Notes under the pieces: model-generated
Database searches by the model: none
What the model saw: only the letters and a program-made list of their open reading frames with translations
What the model was told of the DNA's origin: nothing
Program-made: the position numbers and the translations under genes
Shown here: positions 36,333-48,100 of the stretch, in pieces
Numbering within the stretch: position 1 is the first letter of the stretch
Layout of the letters: the number at the start of each line of letters is the position of its first letter
Origin: a virus
Taxonomy: Duplodnaviria; Caudoviricetes
Virus record (IMG/VR): IMGVR_UViG_3300013936_000011
Coordinates: 1 to 64,000 of that record
DNA length: 64,000 bases
Strand: one strand, 5' to 3'

Positions 36333-39299
36333 ATGAGTATGACTTTATTTGATGATGAATTGACACTTCCTGGTGTCATAACTCAGGTAGTTCCAGATTA
36401 TTCTAGTGGATATGATACAAGTGCTTGGGGTACTACTGAATCTGTAACAATAATAGGTACAGCATTCAATGGTCCTGTAGGTAAGCCAGTACAAATTGCT
36501 ACTCCTGAACAAGCTAAATATATATTTGGTGACAGTTTTGATACTGCAACTAAAAGAGAAGCTACATTAGTAGCTGAAGTATACGATGCTTGGCAAAGAG
36601 GATGTAGAACTATATATGCAGTCAGAGTATCTGGAGACGAAATGTATAAAGACTACGACTTAGCAGTTGAGTCTAATTTAAAATTAAGAATTAGTGGATT
36701 ATTCCCTTCTAATGGTAATAAAGCTTGCTACATGACTTTTGCTTGTAAACAAGGTTCAAGTACAGCTTTTGGTGATGAAGAAGGTGTAATCAAAATCTAT
36801 AAACCTGGCGATAAAACAACTATAGATGAAAAAATAGCTGGTGTTGTAGATTCAATTGACGAATTATTAGTTACTACTATAAACTTAGATGAAAATGGAT
36901 TTGAACGTGGATCAAGATTAAGCGACTTATTAGATACTATAAATAATAATAGCCATAATAATGTTTTACGTGTAGATTTAGTTGATAAAGATGGTGTACC
37001 AAGAACTAATTCAGACCCTGAAGTTCAACAATTAACTGTAGCAGCTATGTTCCCAGGCATATATACTATATGTAGAGATAAAACAGCTGAAGGTGTGACA
37101 TTAACTACTGACGTTAAAGTTGTTGCTGATCAAACTTTATCTGGGGCTGAATCAGAACCAGTATGGAAACACTTAATAGCTAATACAAATCCTGACAAAC
37201 CATATCCTATATTTGCAGAAAATATTTCTACATTTGATAAATTACTTCCAAGCGGAATAGTAGTTGATGCAAACTTCGATTTCTTAAACGATACAGGTGT
37301 AATAGATAGAATATTAGTAGCTGATAACGTAGATTACGAAGGTGTAGATGTTACTGGATTTGAACTATACAAAAAATTAGGTTCTGGATTTGCTAGAACA
37401 GCTTGCTTAAAGAAACTAGGAGACAAATTAGTAAGTGGTTCAGTAGAAGAAGGAAATGCAGTATACGAACCTAGATATAAAGTTATAGCTGCTCCTGATG
37501 GTGACAAATACAAAGTAGTAGGAATAAATGATGGTATTTATTCTGTATTACAAATGCATGAATCAGATTATCTTGTATTAGCAGCTGCTACTGCAGAAAC
37601 TGATTTGAGTGCTAAATTACCTAAGAAAAAAGATTTCTTATTCGTAGAATCTAACGATGGTATAGCTGTAAATGACGCAGAACAAAATAAAATAATGAAC
37701 ATAAGCTGTAAGATAGACAAAGAAGATTTAAATGCTATGCCATGTAAATACGATATAAAATTAGCTTCGTATCCTGGTGATGAAGATGTTAAATCTAAAT
37801 TAATGGACGAACAAATCTTAAGATTACCTTGCGTAACTAAAGACGCTGCATTCGACCATGGTGTTGAAAAAGGACAATTAGCATTTGTTTTAGCTGACGG
37901 TATAATTCAAAAATTTGATGGTAAAAAATTCGTTGATGCTGAAGCAGGTATAGTTGAATTATCTAGAGTACTTGTAGAAGAAAGCGGCGAATTAAAAGTA
38001 TACGAAAAAGGAACAGAAACAACTGATAGTGGAGCTGTTAAGTTTACTGCTGTAGCTGATCCATTTACTAGTGATTCTGGTACTTACGAATATTTAGTTG
38101 CTTTCTGTGATGATGAAGCATTCGTTTATAAAAAAGATGATGATAAGATAGTACCATTTATGTCATTAAAAGACTTAGCAGATAACGTAATATCTACTGA
38201 AGACTTTATGTTGGTAGCTGCTGAACCAGATATCCCAGTATTAGATTGTGATAATATAACATTTATACATATCTATTCTGATATGATGGATTACTGTACA
38301 GTAGAAGAATTTGTTAAAGAACTTAATGAATGTGAAATGTTAAATGACAGATTTACTTTTGAATGTGTTGAAGGTAAAGATCAAGATGAATTAGAAGGAT
38401 TAGTATTAACTGGTTCTGGAACTAATTTAGCATTAGATGAAAAAGGTAACGTAGTTACTGCATACGATACTACTTTACGTATACCATATACTACTACAGA
38501 TAACTTTGCAAGACACCTTGCTCAACATTGTTTATATACTTCATTAAAATCTTATCCAACTCATGGTGTTATAGGTTGCGATAGATTACAAGGTATATCA
38601 TTAAACAATATAGCTGATAGAGTAAATGAAATATGCAACTTAGATTTAGATATGTATGCTAAGAAATCTAATGGACGTAATATGTATGACGCCAATAATG
38701 AACCACATCCAATAGGACGTTGTTTATCAGTTACATTTATGCAATACACAGTTACTACTGGTAATGGTTATTATTATATTTCTTCTGGTGCAGCTGGATA
38801 TGCTGGTATGATATCTACATTAGATCCAGATAGATCTTCAACTAATCAACCTTTCAATATAGACTCATTACAATACACATTATCAAATGCTCAATTAACT
38901 AAGTTAAATACAATTGGTATAGTATGTTGTAAAGAATCTCCTACTCTAGGAATAGTTGTAGTAGATGGTGTAACTCAAGCTCCTGCAACTTCAGTATACA
39001 GAAGATTATCTACTACTAAGATAATAAATGCAATAGGTAGAATATTAAAAGAAGTTATCGAACCATTCATCGGTAAACCAAGAACATTATCTAACTTAAA
39101 TGCTATGGAAACAGCTATAAAATCTGCTTTAAATAAAATAGTAGGCGTATTAATCAATGACTATTCATTTGAAATAGTTACAGATAGTGCTTCTGCTAGA
39201 TTAGGTGTCGTTAAGATAGATTATGCTATATATCCAGCTTACGAAATCAGAGAAGTAAGAAATACTATAACTGTTACTGAAAATGCTATAAACGAATAA
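36333..39299 (+). CDS. Tail sheath protein with a large central insertion
   Basis: LPGV, IIGTAFNGPVGKP, IYAVRV at the N-terminus; LSTTKII, IEPFIGKP, IYPAYEI at the C-terminus. Confidence 0.88.
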   Translation: MSMTLFDDELTLPGVITQVVPDYSSGYDTSAWGTTESVTIIGTAFNGPVGKPVQIATPEQAKYIFGDSFDTATKREATLVAEVYDAWQRGCRTIYAVRVSGDEMYKDYDLAVESNLKLRISGLFPSNGNKACYMTFACKQGSSTAFGDEEGVIKIYKPGDKTTIDEKIAGVVDSIDELLVTTINLDENGFERGSRLSDLLDTINNNSHNNVLRVDLVDKDGVPRTNSDPEVQQLTVAAMFPGIYTICRDKTAEGVTLTTDVKVVADQTLSGAESEPVWKHLIANTNPDKPYPIFAENISTFDKLLPSGIVVDANFDFLNDTGVIDRILVADNVDYEGVDVTGFELYKKLGSGFARTACLKKLGDKLVSGSVEEGNAVYEPRYKVIAAPDGDKYKVVGINDGIYSVLQMHESDYLVLAAATAETDLSAKLPKKKDFLFVESNDGIAVNDAEQNKIMNISCKIDKEDLNAMPCKYDIKLASYPGDEDVKSKLMDEQILRLPCVTKDAAFDHGVEKGQLAFVLADGIIQKFDGKKFVDAEAGIVELSRVLVEESGELKVYEKGTETTDSGAVKFTAVADPFTSDSGTYEYLVAFCDDEAFVYKKDDDKIVPFMSLKDLADNVISTEDFMLVAAEPDIPVLDCDNITFIHIYSDMMDYCTVEEFVKELNECEMLNDRFTFECVEGKDQDELEGLVLTGSGTNLALDEKGNVVTAYDTTLRIPYTTTDNFARHLAQHCLYTSLKSYPTHGVIGCDRLQGISLNNIADRVNEICNLDLDMYAKKSNGRNMYDANNEPHPIGRCLSVTFMQYTVTTGNGYYYISSGAAGYAGMISTLDPDRSSTNQPFNIDSLQYTLSNAQLTKLNTIGIVCCKESPTLGIVVVDGVTQAPATSVYRRLSTTKIINAIGRILKEVIEPFIGKPRTLSNLNAMETAIKSALNKIVGVLINDYSFEIVTDSASARLGVVKIDYAIYPAYEIREVRNTITVTENAINE

Positions 39300-39341
39300 T
39301 TCCCTACTAGGAATTTAAATTAATAAAGGAGGAATTTAACT

Positions 39342-40010
39342 ATGGCTAATATGACAACTGAGCAATATACTAGTACATATTCAAGTTTTGGTGGTTGTGA
39401 TATAACTTGTACATTTAATGGTAAAGTTATCGGAGAATTACAAGCTATAAGTTATTCTATAAATAGAGAAAAAGTTGCAATCTATACTTTAGGTTCAGCA
39501 GAACCAAGATCTTTTTCAAGAGGTAAAAGAAGTATAGCTGGTAACTTAGTATTCGTATCTTTCGATAGAGATGCACTATTAGCTGAATTAGGTACAGAAC
39601 AAAAAATCTCTAAATTCAAAGCAAATGATGCTTATGCTTTTATGAGTAATGATGAACCTAGATTCATGAGCGTAGAAGATTGGGACAAATACATGTCAGA
39701 ATTAGCTTCACCTAATGGATTCACAGGTGGAGGAGAAACTGGCGGTACTTCTTCTGATATGGTTAACGACAGTGCTACTCCAGTTTATGCAGACGAATTA
39801 CTTCCATTCGATATCACAATAACATTAGCTAATGAATATGGACAAAAAGCTAGCATAGTATTATACGGAGTTGAACTATTAAATGAAGGTATGGGATTCT
39901 CTGTAGACTCATTAACTACTGAAAAAGCTTATACATTTATATGCAGATCAGTAGATACTATGAAAGCTATAGATGAAAATAATGCAGGTAAAATTTATAG
40001 TACTTGGTAG
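39342..40010 (+). CDS. Tail tube protein
   Basis: Follows sheath; SFGGCDI, LQAISYS, RGKRSIAGNLVF, ADELLPFDITIT. Confidence 0.8.
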   Translation: MANMTTEQYTSTYSSFGGCDITCTFNGKVIGELQAISYSINREKVAIYTLGSAEPRSFSRGKRSIAGNLVFVSFDRDALLAELGTEQKISKFKANDAYAFMSNDEPRFMSVEDWDKYMSELASPNGFTGGGETGGTSSDMVNDSATPVYADELLPFDITITLANEYGQKASIVLYGVELLNEGMGFSVDSLTTEKAYTFICRSVDTMKAIDENNAGKIYSTW

Positions 40011-40043
40011 AATATATACATTGATAAGTAATATATTATAGAG

Positions 40044-40071
40044 AAGAGGGATAGTATTATCCCTCTTTTTT
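40044..40071 (+). terminator. Intrinsic terminator after the tube gene
   Basis: AAGAGGGATA-GTAT-TATCCCTCTT then TTTT. Confidence 0.8.
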
Positions 40072-40093
40072 AATACGCGAAGGTGGTGAAAAA

Positions 40094-42832
40094 ATGGCTA
40101 CGTATTTTAATATAGACGGGTATAATAGCTATTCTGGTTGTGATGCTATAGTTACTGCTCAATTGGCTAATATAGACGAAGATAGCTCTATCAGTAAAAA
40201 CTGTTATATTCTAGGCTCTTTACAAACTCTGAGTACATCTACACATCAAGATAAAGTTCCTGTACGTAATATAGGAAATATTAATGCTGTAGAATATACA
40301 ATGGGGCAAAGAACAATAGCAGGGTCTATGGTATTTGCTGTATTTGACAGACATTTTGCCGATGAAATATTTAATGATTTAAAAGAATATACTAACGATA
40401 CTGTTATATTAGCAGACGAAATACCAGCTCTTAACCTTACAATTACTTTGGCTAATGAGTATGGCTCTAGAAGTAGAATGGCTTTATACGGAGTAAAATT
40501 TGTAGATGAAGGACAAGTATTAAGTATAAACGATTTATATACAGAAAATACATTTCAGTTTGTTGCTGTAGGAATGGATCCATTAACAGCTGAAAAAACA
40601 GAATGGGCTAAAAGCACATCTAAGTCGAAAAAAAATAAAACATATATCTCTAAAGGTAATACACCTTTCCCTTCATATGATGGTAAGAGCTATCCTGGAA
40701 GTAGTGGTAAACCATCAGACGGTGAAGGTAATCCACAAGGTCCTAGCGATATTAATAAATATCAACCTGATGACGATGGGAATAAAGAGCCGTATTATAG
40801 AATAAATCAACCTTTAGCTCCTGGCAATAAAGGAATAATATCTGTCGATTTAAATGATCATCCTGACGTAACAGTTACGATAACAGATATAAACACAAAT
40901 AAATCTTATAATTCAGTTGGAGCCAATTTAAGTAATAATATATGGTATGTAGAATTAAGCGAAGGTAATTACAATATTAAATTCTTTGATAGAAAGAATA
41001 ATAAAGAATTAGGCTCTGAATATTTTAGCATAAACTCGAAATTAGGTAATTTAGAATCATCAAACAATGATTATCCGATTATAGTAAATATGACTCATAA
41101 CAGTGCTGAAATAGAAGCAAATGATTCTAGACATGATGAAGCTGTATTAATCGACAGAACTAATCAAATAGTTTATGATCATATACCTTTAACTAAAAGC
41201 ACCGTAACATTGAATGAAGAAAGTATTGGAACCAATTTAATTAGCGGTAACGTATATGAATTATATACAATCAATTCAAAAGAAGGTTATTCTAGTAAGA
41301 GCAAATCTATTATGTTCTCTCCATTAGAAAGACAAGACTATGATGTTGAATTGTTAGAAGACTACGTTAAATCTAATAAAAAGCTATGGGTCAATGATCT
41401 TAATGAATTCGATTATCATGCTTTATACAATAATGAAGATGATAACAATCTTATAGATAAAGTATTAAACGCGCCTACCGCTACTAGAATGACAAGAAAT
41501 TTTGCAACTTATGCAGCTGCTCCTGTTAATAGAGCTACTCCTACTGATAAAGAAGCGATTAAACAAGAAGTACTTCTATACGCAATTAAGCTACAGAATC
41601 AATTAGCATTAATATACAATAATGCAATAGCAGAAAACTCTATTTATAATAACAATATTCTTAATCTTGACATACAGATAAATGATGCTATAAACAGAAT
41701 CAATCTATATAAGATTAAAGGACACAAAGCTTATTATATGTACTCTGTTAAAGAACAAGACGAAATGAAGTTCTACGGGACTCCTAATGTAAGATATTAT
41801 CTGCAACCTATATTCAATCAATGCAAAGGTATATCTTATAATTACTGTTGCTTCAATAATGATACTAAAGAGGATCTAAATGTTTATAGCGATATAAATA
41901 ATTTATACGCATATGATTTTAATAATTATAAAACTAAATATGCTAAATACTCTAAAGACTTTTTATATGCATTAATTGCTCGTGATAATTTTTATTCTGA
42001 TAAATATATGATAGACGGTCCATATTGTTATTATGAAAACAATATATTATACGCTGATGTTGATTATTCTGAAACATTACAAAAAGGTGACTACTATTTA
42101 TGTATAGCTTCTATATACGAAGTATTAGACCACACTCCTATCAGAAAATATAAGTTTAGTACAGATGATAAACATCTTGAATTAGATAATTACAAGACTT
42201 CAATTACAAAAGATAATTATTATTTGACATGGATAGAGGATAATGAATTTAATAGTATATGCAAACCTACTATTCTTTGTACTTATGAAGACAATTCAGA
42301 TTTAGTAGATTTCGAATCTTCACTTATAAAGAATTACTTAAAGAGCAGAATCGATTCTATTAAAGCACGCTATTCTTATTCTGGAGTACTAGAATCTATT
42401 TACTTGTCTCTTATATCAGAAACATTATCATTTAAAAATACTATGTACAGATTACAACAAGAATTTATTAGTCAATTTGATGAATCATCTTATTTTTTAT
42501 ATCTTGATGAAATATTCTATGATTTAATCAGACAAGATTATGAATCATATAGCTTAGTATGTAGTGTACAGCAAAAAAATAAAGTATTTAATTTTAGTAG
42601 TAATATGGATGATACTCACCTAGTTTTAATAGATTACAAGATAGGAGAAGATTTGCCAACTAAGTCTACGCTTTATGATACAAACACTGTCGACTTAACA
42701 GATAGAAATAGTGATTATACATTAATCTATATGATAGATAAAACTATGGTCTACAGATCAGGCTTCTTACTAATAAATAACGTAACTAATAAAGTTTATA
42801 ATTACAACATGTCTTTGGAGGTGATTAAGTAA
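40094..42832 (+). CDS. Tube-domain protein with a roughly 750-aa C-terminal extension
   Basis: N-terminus SYSGCD, GQRTIAGSMVF, ADEIPALNLTITLANEYG closely parallels 39342-40010. Confidence 0.75.
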   Translation: MATYFNIDGYNSYSGCDAIVTAQLANIDEDSSISKNCYILGSLQTLSTSTHQDKVPVRNIGNINAVEYTMGQRTIAGSMVFAVFDRHFADEIFNDLKEYTNDTVILADEIPALNLTITLANEYGSRSRMALYGVKFVDEGQVLSINDLYTENTFQFVAVGMDPLTAEKTEWAKSTSKSKKNKTYISKGNTPFPSYDGKSYPGSSGKPSDGEGNPQGPSDINKYQPDDDGNKEPYYRINQPLAPGNKGIISVDLNDHPDVTVTITDINTNKSYNSVGANLSNNIWYVELSEGNYNIKFFDRKNNKELGSEYFSINSKLGNLESSNNDYPIIVNMTHNSAEIEANDSRHDEAVLIDRTNQIVYDHIPLTKSTVTLNEESIGTNLISGNVYELYTINSKEGYSSKSKSIMFSPLERQDYDVELLEDYVKSNKKLWVNDLNEFDYHALYNNEDDNNLIDKVLNAPTATRMTRNFATYAAAPVNRATPTDKEAIKQEVLLYAIKLQNQLALIYNNAIAENSIYNNNILNLDIQINDAINRINLYKIKGHKAYYMYSVKEQDEMKFYGTPNVRYYLQPIFNQCKGISYNYCCFNNDTKEDLNVYSDINNLYAYDFNNYKTKYAKYSKDFLYALIARDNFYSDKYMIDGPYCYYENNILYADVDYSETLQKGDYYLCIASIYEVLDHTPIRKYKFSTDDKHLELDNYKTSITKDNYYLTWIEDNEFNSICKPTILCTYEDNSDLVDFESSLIKNYLKSRIDSIKARYSYSGVLESIYLSLISETLSFKNTMYRLQQEFISQFDESSYFLYLDEIFYDLIRQDYESYSLVCSVQQKNKVFNFSSNMDDTHLVLIDYKIGEDLPTKSTLYDTNTVDLTDRNSDYTLIYMIDKTMVYRSGFLLINNVTNKVYNYNMSLEVIK

Positions 42833-43935
42833 TGGCTACTAGAGATTATTATACATACGGTACCAATCTTAGTGATAGAGAGTTTTTCACAACTACCGTT
42901 AACACTCCTTATGGCATTAAAAGATATTTTTCAAATGTTGATTCTGAAATATATTTTGGCAATATATTAATGGAAGATATCTATAAGTTTGATTTCACTG
43001 TAGAAGAAAAGAAGCTGCCTATATATGGCTATAATTGTTTCTATGCAGATATTATAGTTCCTGGTCAAAGATTCGTAAGTGGCTCTTTCGTTCTTAATTA
43101 TACTAATAGTGCGCACATAAATGATGTGCTATCTAAGATTGATGATTCTATTATGAACAAAACAATATTAGAGTCAGAAGTTTATAATCCTGGCGACAAA
43201 GAACGTGATAAGCCATTATGGTCTAAGAACTTTGATATTATGTTAGGATATGGTTATTACAAATCAGATTTACCAACTTATAATGCAAATTGTCAAACCA
43301 TTTGTGGAGTACAAATATCTGGTATGCAAACAGTGCTTGATACTACAGGCCAGCCTATAATGGAAGTATACAGCTTCGTTGCTAAAGACTTTATAGAAGG
43401 TGACGGAACAGGAATGACTCCATCTAAAGACGATAGCACTAAGAAAGATGATAAAAATGACGATAAAGGTTCTACAAGTAAAACTGATTCATCTACTGAT
43501 AAAGTAATATGTGCAGATGCAAATGATAGTGATGATTACAGTAAAAAATATCTTGAATATCAAAAATCTGATGGAAGTGATATAGGTGTAGTTCATAGTA
43601 TATTGTATGCTGATGATGAAAATAGTTATTACTACATTAAAGTCAATATAAAAGATTTCGATGGTAATGTATTAAATATAAGCGACTTCAAACTTATTAT
43701 CGATGACCAGAGAATAGAATCTAATATACAGTTTACTGGTAAACAAGACAATAATGGAATCATATATGTATCTTTATTAGATCATCCTACAATAAGTAAA
43801 TACATAAATGAGATATTATATGATAAAGACGAAACTGATCCTAAAATTGGTTGTACGCTTAAGTATACACTTACGCACAATAAAAAGAAATACGACGTCC
43901 TTTATGAAGGAAATATGTATTTAGCAAAACAATAA
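42832..43935 (+). CDS. Third, divergent tube-domain protein (tube initiator/hub-like)
   Basis: YFSNVD, KLPIYGY, GQRFVSGSFVLN, YSFVAKD. Confidence 0.6.
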   Translation: MATRDYYTYGTNLSDREFFTTTVNTPYGIKRYFSNVDSEIYFGNILMEDIYKFDFTVEEKKLPIYGYNCFYADIIVPGQRFVSGSFVLNYTNSAHINDVLSKIDDSIMNKTILESEVYNPGDKERDKPLWSKNFDIMLGYGYYKSDLPTYNANCQTICGVQISGMQTVLDTTGQPIMEVYSFVAKDFIEGDGTGMTPSKDDSTKKDDKNDDKGSTSKTDSSTDKVICADANDSDDYSKKYLEYQKSDGSDIGVVHSILYADDENSYYYIKVNIKDFDGNVLNISDFKLIIDDQRIESNIQFTGKQDNNGIIYVSLLDHPTISKYINEILYDKDETDPKIGCTLKYTLTHNKKKYDVLYEGNMYLAKQ

Positions 43936-43955
43936 AAAATATGGAGGTTATATAA

Positions 43956-44348
43956 ATGAAAGTTAATGAAAAAGCTAAAATTACAGAAGAGGAAATAAAA
44001 GAAGTAGAAGAAATGGATACAGAAGAAATAGCTGTACAAAAAATAATCGATAAATTCAAAAAGCAATATAAAAGAATTTACGAAACAGACGTTGCAGGAG
44101 AAAGAATAATATGGAGACCTATAAAACGTTCTGAATATAGAGAGATAATGGCCTATGAAGATAAAGAATTATCTGACAGAGAAATAGTTTATGTCAGAGA
44201 AGAAATGATGGCTAAGAAAGTTATATTGTATCCTAAAACTGAAGATATAATAGAAGAATTCGCAGGAGTAGCAGAAGTTATAGCTGATGAATGTATGTAC
44301 TATTCAGGATTCATGCCAAATGGAATAAAACCTACAAAACAACTATAA
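43956..44348 (+). CDS. Probable tail assembly chaperone
   Basis: Position; GERIIWRPIKRSEY motif. Confidence 0.55.
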   Translation: MKVNEKAKITEEEIKEVEEMDTEEIAVQKIIDKFKKQYKRIYETDVAGERIIWRPIKRSEYREIMAYEDKELSDREIVYVREEMMAKKVILYPKTEDIIEEFAGVAEVIADECMYYSGFMPNGIKPTKQL

Positions 44349-44349
44349 G

Positions 44350-45159
44350 ATGAAAACTAACGGCAAAGACTATAATCAAGTTGCATTTGATGCTATCGTA
44401 GAGAAGTTATCAAACGAATATGATAGCATCATCTACACTGAGATTATGGGTGAAATATTTATTTACCGCCCTATTACTAGATATGAATACAAAAATATAA
44501 TGATGGCTGACGTAGAAGATATTGAGAAGCAAGATTTAATATGTGATACCTGTGTATTGTATCCCGACGATTATGATTGGGATGATTGCATTGGAGGTAT
44601 ACCGAATGAATTGTGTACTGAGATATTAGATAAATCTTGTGTGTCATTAGAAGATATGGGTATTCTATTAGAAATGTATAGGGATGAAATGCATGAACTA
44701 GAAAACCAAATGACATGTATCATAACTAAAGCTTTCCCTGCTTATAAATTAGAAGAAATAGAAAAGATGGATACTATTAAGTTTACTAAACTATTTACAA
44801 GGGCTGAATGGATTTTAGAAAATCTTGATGGTCTAGAAGTCAATACAGATGTAGTTGAAGTTATTAATAATGCTTTAGGCAAATCTAAAAAAGCAGCAAT
44901 TGATGAAAATAAAGAAACTGAAGAAGTTGCTGCTGAAGCTAATGACGAAGAAAATAAAACTGAGCAACCACAGAAATCTAATAGACCAGCTATGTCTCCT
45001 GAACAATACAGACAATATCAGGAATTTTGTAAGAAATTCCCTGAATTTGATATGCGTACTGATTATGCTTTTACTGGTGATACAGGTATGAATGCTAGTA
45101 CTGTTAACCCAGCACAAAGAGTAGGTTGGGGTATATCTGATAGATATTCAAGTAGGTGA
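44350..45159 (+). CDS. Probable tail assembly chaperone, paralogue of 43956-44348
   Basis: GEIFIYRPITRYEY and VLYP shared with the previous gene. Confidence 0.55.
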   Translation: MKTNGKDYNQVAFDAIVEKLSNEYDSIIYTEIMGEIFIYRPITRYEYKNIMMADVEDIEKQDLICDTCVLYPDDYDWDDCIGGIPNELCTEILDKSCVSLEDMGILLEMYRDEMHELENQMTCIITKAFPAYKLEEIEKMDTIKFTKLFTRAEWILENLDGLEVNTDVVEVINNALGKSKKAAIDENKETEEVAAEANDEENKTEQPQKSNRPAMSPEQYRQYQEFCKKFPEFDMRTDYAFTGDTGMNASTVNPAQRVGWGISDRYSSR

Positions 45160-45166
45160 TAATTAA

Positions 45167-48100
45167 ATGGCAAGAAAAAGAAGAGATAAAAAACGTGATC
45201 CTTCAACTCTGGAAAGATTAAGTAAAGTAAGTGTAACTGCTCTGGCTGTTGGTGCTGGAGCAGTTTTTTTAAATCGTAATAAATCTGTTAATAAGTTTTT
45301 GACGGATACAGCCTCTCCTTTACTTAAAAGTACAAAAGGATTCAAAAAAGATTTAATAGGTCGTGATAAGAAAAATCTTATGACTTATTACAGAGCTTAT
45401 CAAAAGAACTTTGGTAAGAACAGATCCAAACTTAGAGATGAAATTAAAAGAAGAAAGATTAGTCCTTTAGCTCTTAACGTAAAGAATTCAAAAGCTGTAC
45501 GTGATGCTTTAGAGCATAAACAATTTGTTTCTAAGACTGGATACAAAGCGTTAGAAAAGAACAAGAGAATTGCTGGTAAGATATTAGCACGACAAGAGCT
45601 TTATAAATATTTCTTACAAAGCGAAAAATACAAACATCTTACTGAAGATAATGCAAGACAAATAGTAAAAAACGTATATGATAAATTAGACGACGAAGCT
45701 ATTGCGAGCAAGATAATAGATGAAATGATACCGAAGACCATGGAAGGTATAGGTATAGAGAAAATAGACTTTAATGAAATATTCACTCTTATCAATGAAG
45801 TTAAAAAGAAAAGTAGTCCAAAGACTAATTCATTAGATCCTTATTTACGAAAGAATAAAGATTTATTCGATAGCTTAAAAGGGCATAGAACTCGTGAAGA
45901 AAGTGCATTTGATAAAGTCGATAAGTTTTTTAAGAAATTCTTAGATGTAGATATAAACTCCGAAAAGTTTATAACAAGTTCTAAGGCTGCAACCATCGGA
46001 GATTTAGAAGATAATTTAGAGAAGTTTGATTTTGAATCTCCTCTGTATGAAAAGATGAATGTTACGGCCAAGAAGCCTTCGACTAGATCTAAACGTAAAG
46101 AGTTTGACTACGATACATTTATCCAAACATTGAAAGATATGTATGGTGAAGAAGACTACAGAAATGTAGTATTGGATCCTTCTATAAGAATAAAAGATGG
46201 AGCCGACGGTCCTGAATTCTTCTCTGTAGAAGAAATGTCAGAGACTATGAAGAATATCAAAAATGGATTTAAAGATACTTTACCTGGTCAAATATTAGCA
46301 AAAGGTTTCGACGATAAACGTGGAATGCCTGACATAGCTATTATACCAGCAGATACTAAATCAGCATTTGCTAGAGCCAGAACATTTGATATAGATGAAG
46401 TAGGTCAAGCATTTAAAGAAGATAGAGAAAGAAATATATCATCAACTCCGTCTTTATATATGGATGGCTATCTATATGATATGAGAGAAAATGCTGACGG
46501 CAAGGTAACTATAGATTTTGATAGCGGTCAAAGAGTTAAAATGGTCAGCGGTTATAAGCGCAGAGTATTAAATGAATTACTAGGTACTACTGATGAATAT
46601 AAACCAGAGGCTTTCCATAGTGAGCTTGCTAAGAAACTTGGATTAGTACAAGATGGTAAGTTCAATCCTATAAATCATCTTATGAGATCACTAACAAAAT
46701 TTGAAGATCCTAACTGGGAATTTAATCAAATTGAATCTATAGAAGGTATTTATTTATCTACTGCATCTCCTGCTGATACTGTAAAAGACATGAGATCTCT
46801 TGGTACAGCTGAGACAGAGATTAGTAAATATAAATCTAGATTGCATAGAAATGAAGAAACAGTGGCTGCATTACTTAATAAGAAGCTTACTGGTATAACA
46901 GATGAAACTATGGAAGCTATCATTGATAGTGGAAATATAACAGAAAAACAAAGAGATATGTTACAAGCTTTGATGGATGGGGACATAACATTTTATATTA
47001 AAGCCGCTGCTTTTGACGAAGCTGGTAACTATAATCTTAAAGATATTAAGAATGATAAGCTTAGAAATATAGTTAATAACTTAATAACTGATACTAAAGC
47101 TACATTAGATTCTACAGAAACATTATATAAAAAGGGTGCAGCGTTACCTATATTAGAACTAGAGTTTGATTCTTCTACTAAACTTAATCTTGAAGGTCAA
47201 TTAAGAATAGAAACAGTTAAAGATATCTTACTTAATAAACAAGGCACAGATGATGCTATGTTTAACTGGATAGACGAATTGAATGTTAATGATATTCCTA
47301 TTACTAGTAAAGACAATGCTATGTTAAAGAGTATGGGTACATTAGCTGTATTCGAAGATAGAACTCATTTAGGTACTATATCTAATTTTACTAGCGCAGT
47401 TAACTCTTTATATGAAAATACTGATTATACCTTAAACACTGAATTAGAGCTTAATCCTCAAATGAAAAATAGATTTGAAAATGATTTAGGCTCCATTAAA
47501 AGTGATTTCGGTTTATTCTCTATAGGATATAATAAAAATCTAAACGAAGAATATGGTACAGACTATACTAAGTATGGATTAATCCATATGTCTAGTGCAT
47601 CTCAAATATTAACATATAATATGAATGAGGGCATTAAGTTTAATGCACAAGCATTAAAAGATACTGTACGTGAACTTAATGCTGGACGTAATGATCCTGA
47701 ACATATAACTGAGCTTACAATAAATCTACAATACTTATTGTCTAGATTAAGCTACAGTGTTGAAGGCGAAGGTCTTGGTTTAAGTGCAAATGATATGGGT
47801 AGTCCCCTTGAAACTGTAAAGAATATAGCACTTAAAAGATTATTGCCTGCAGCCGCTATATATCAAGGTTATAACGTATTAAATTATGAATCACAGAAAT
47901 TGACTGGAACTTCTATACCTGGTGCTTTTGCTAACTCTTTAGCTAACATAGATATAGCAAGTAGAAGATTAATAGAGAATACGCCTTTATACGGTGCATT
48001 AAATTCATTAGCTGAATCTTCTGTAATCCATGAATATTATTTTGGTGATCGTCATTTTAATACAGCTGAAGAAGAGCAAGAATATTATGAAACAGGTTAT

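Noticed and set aside
44320-44360. Programmed frameshift between the tail chaperones
   Set aside because: No XXXYYYZ slippery site seen; the second gene has its own ATG and is a full paralogue
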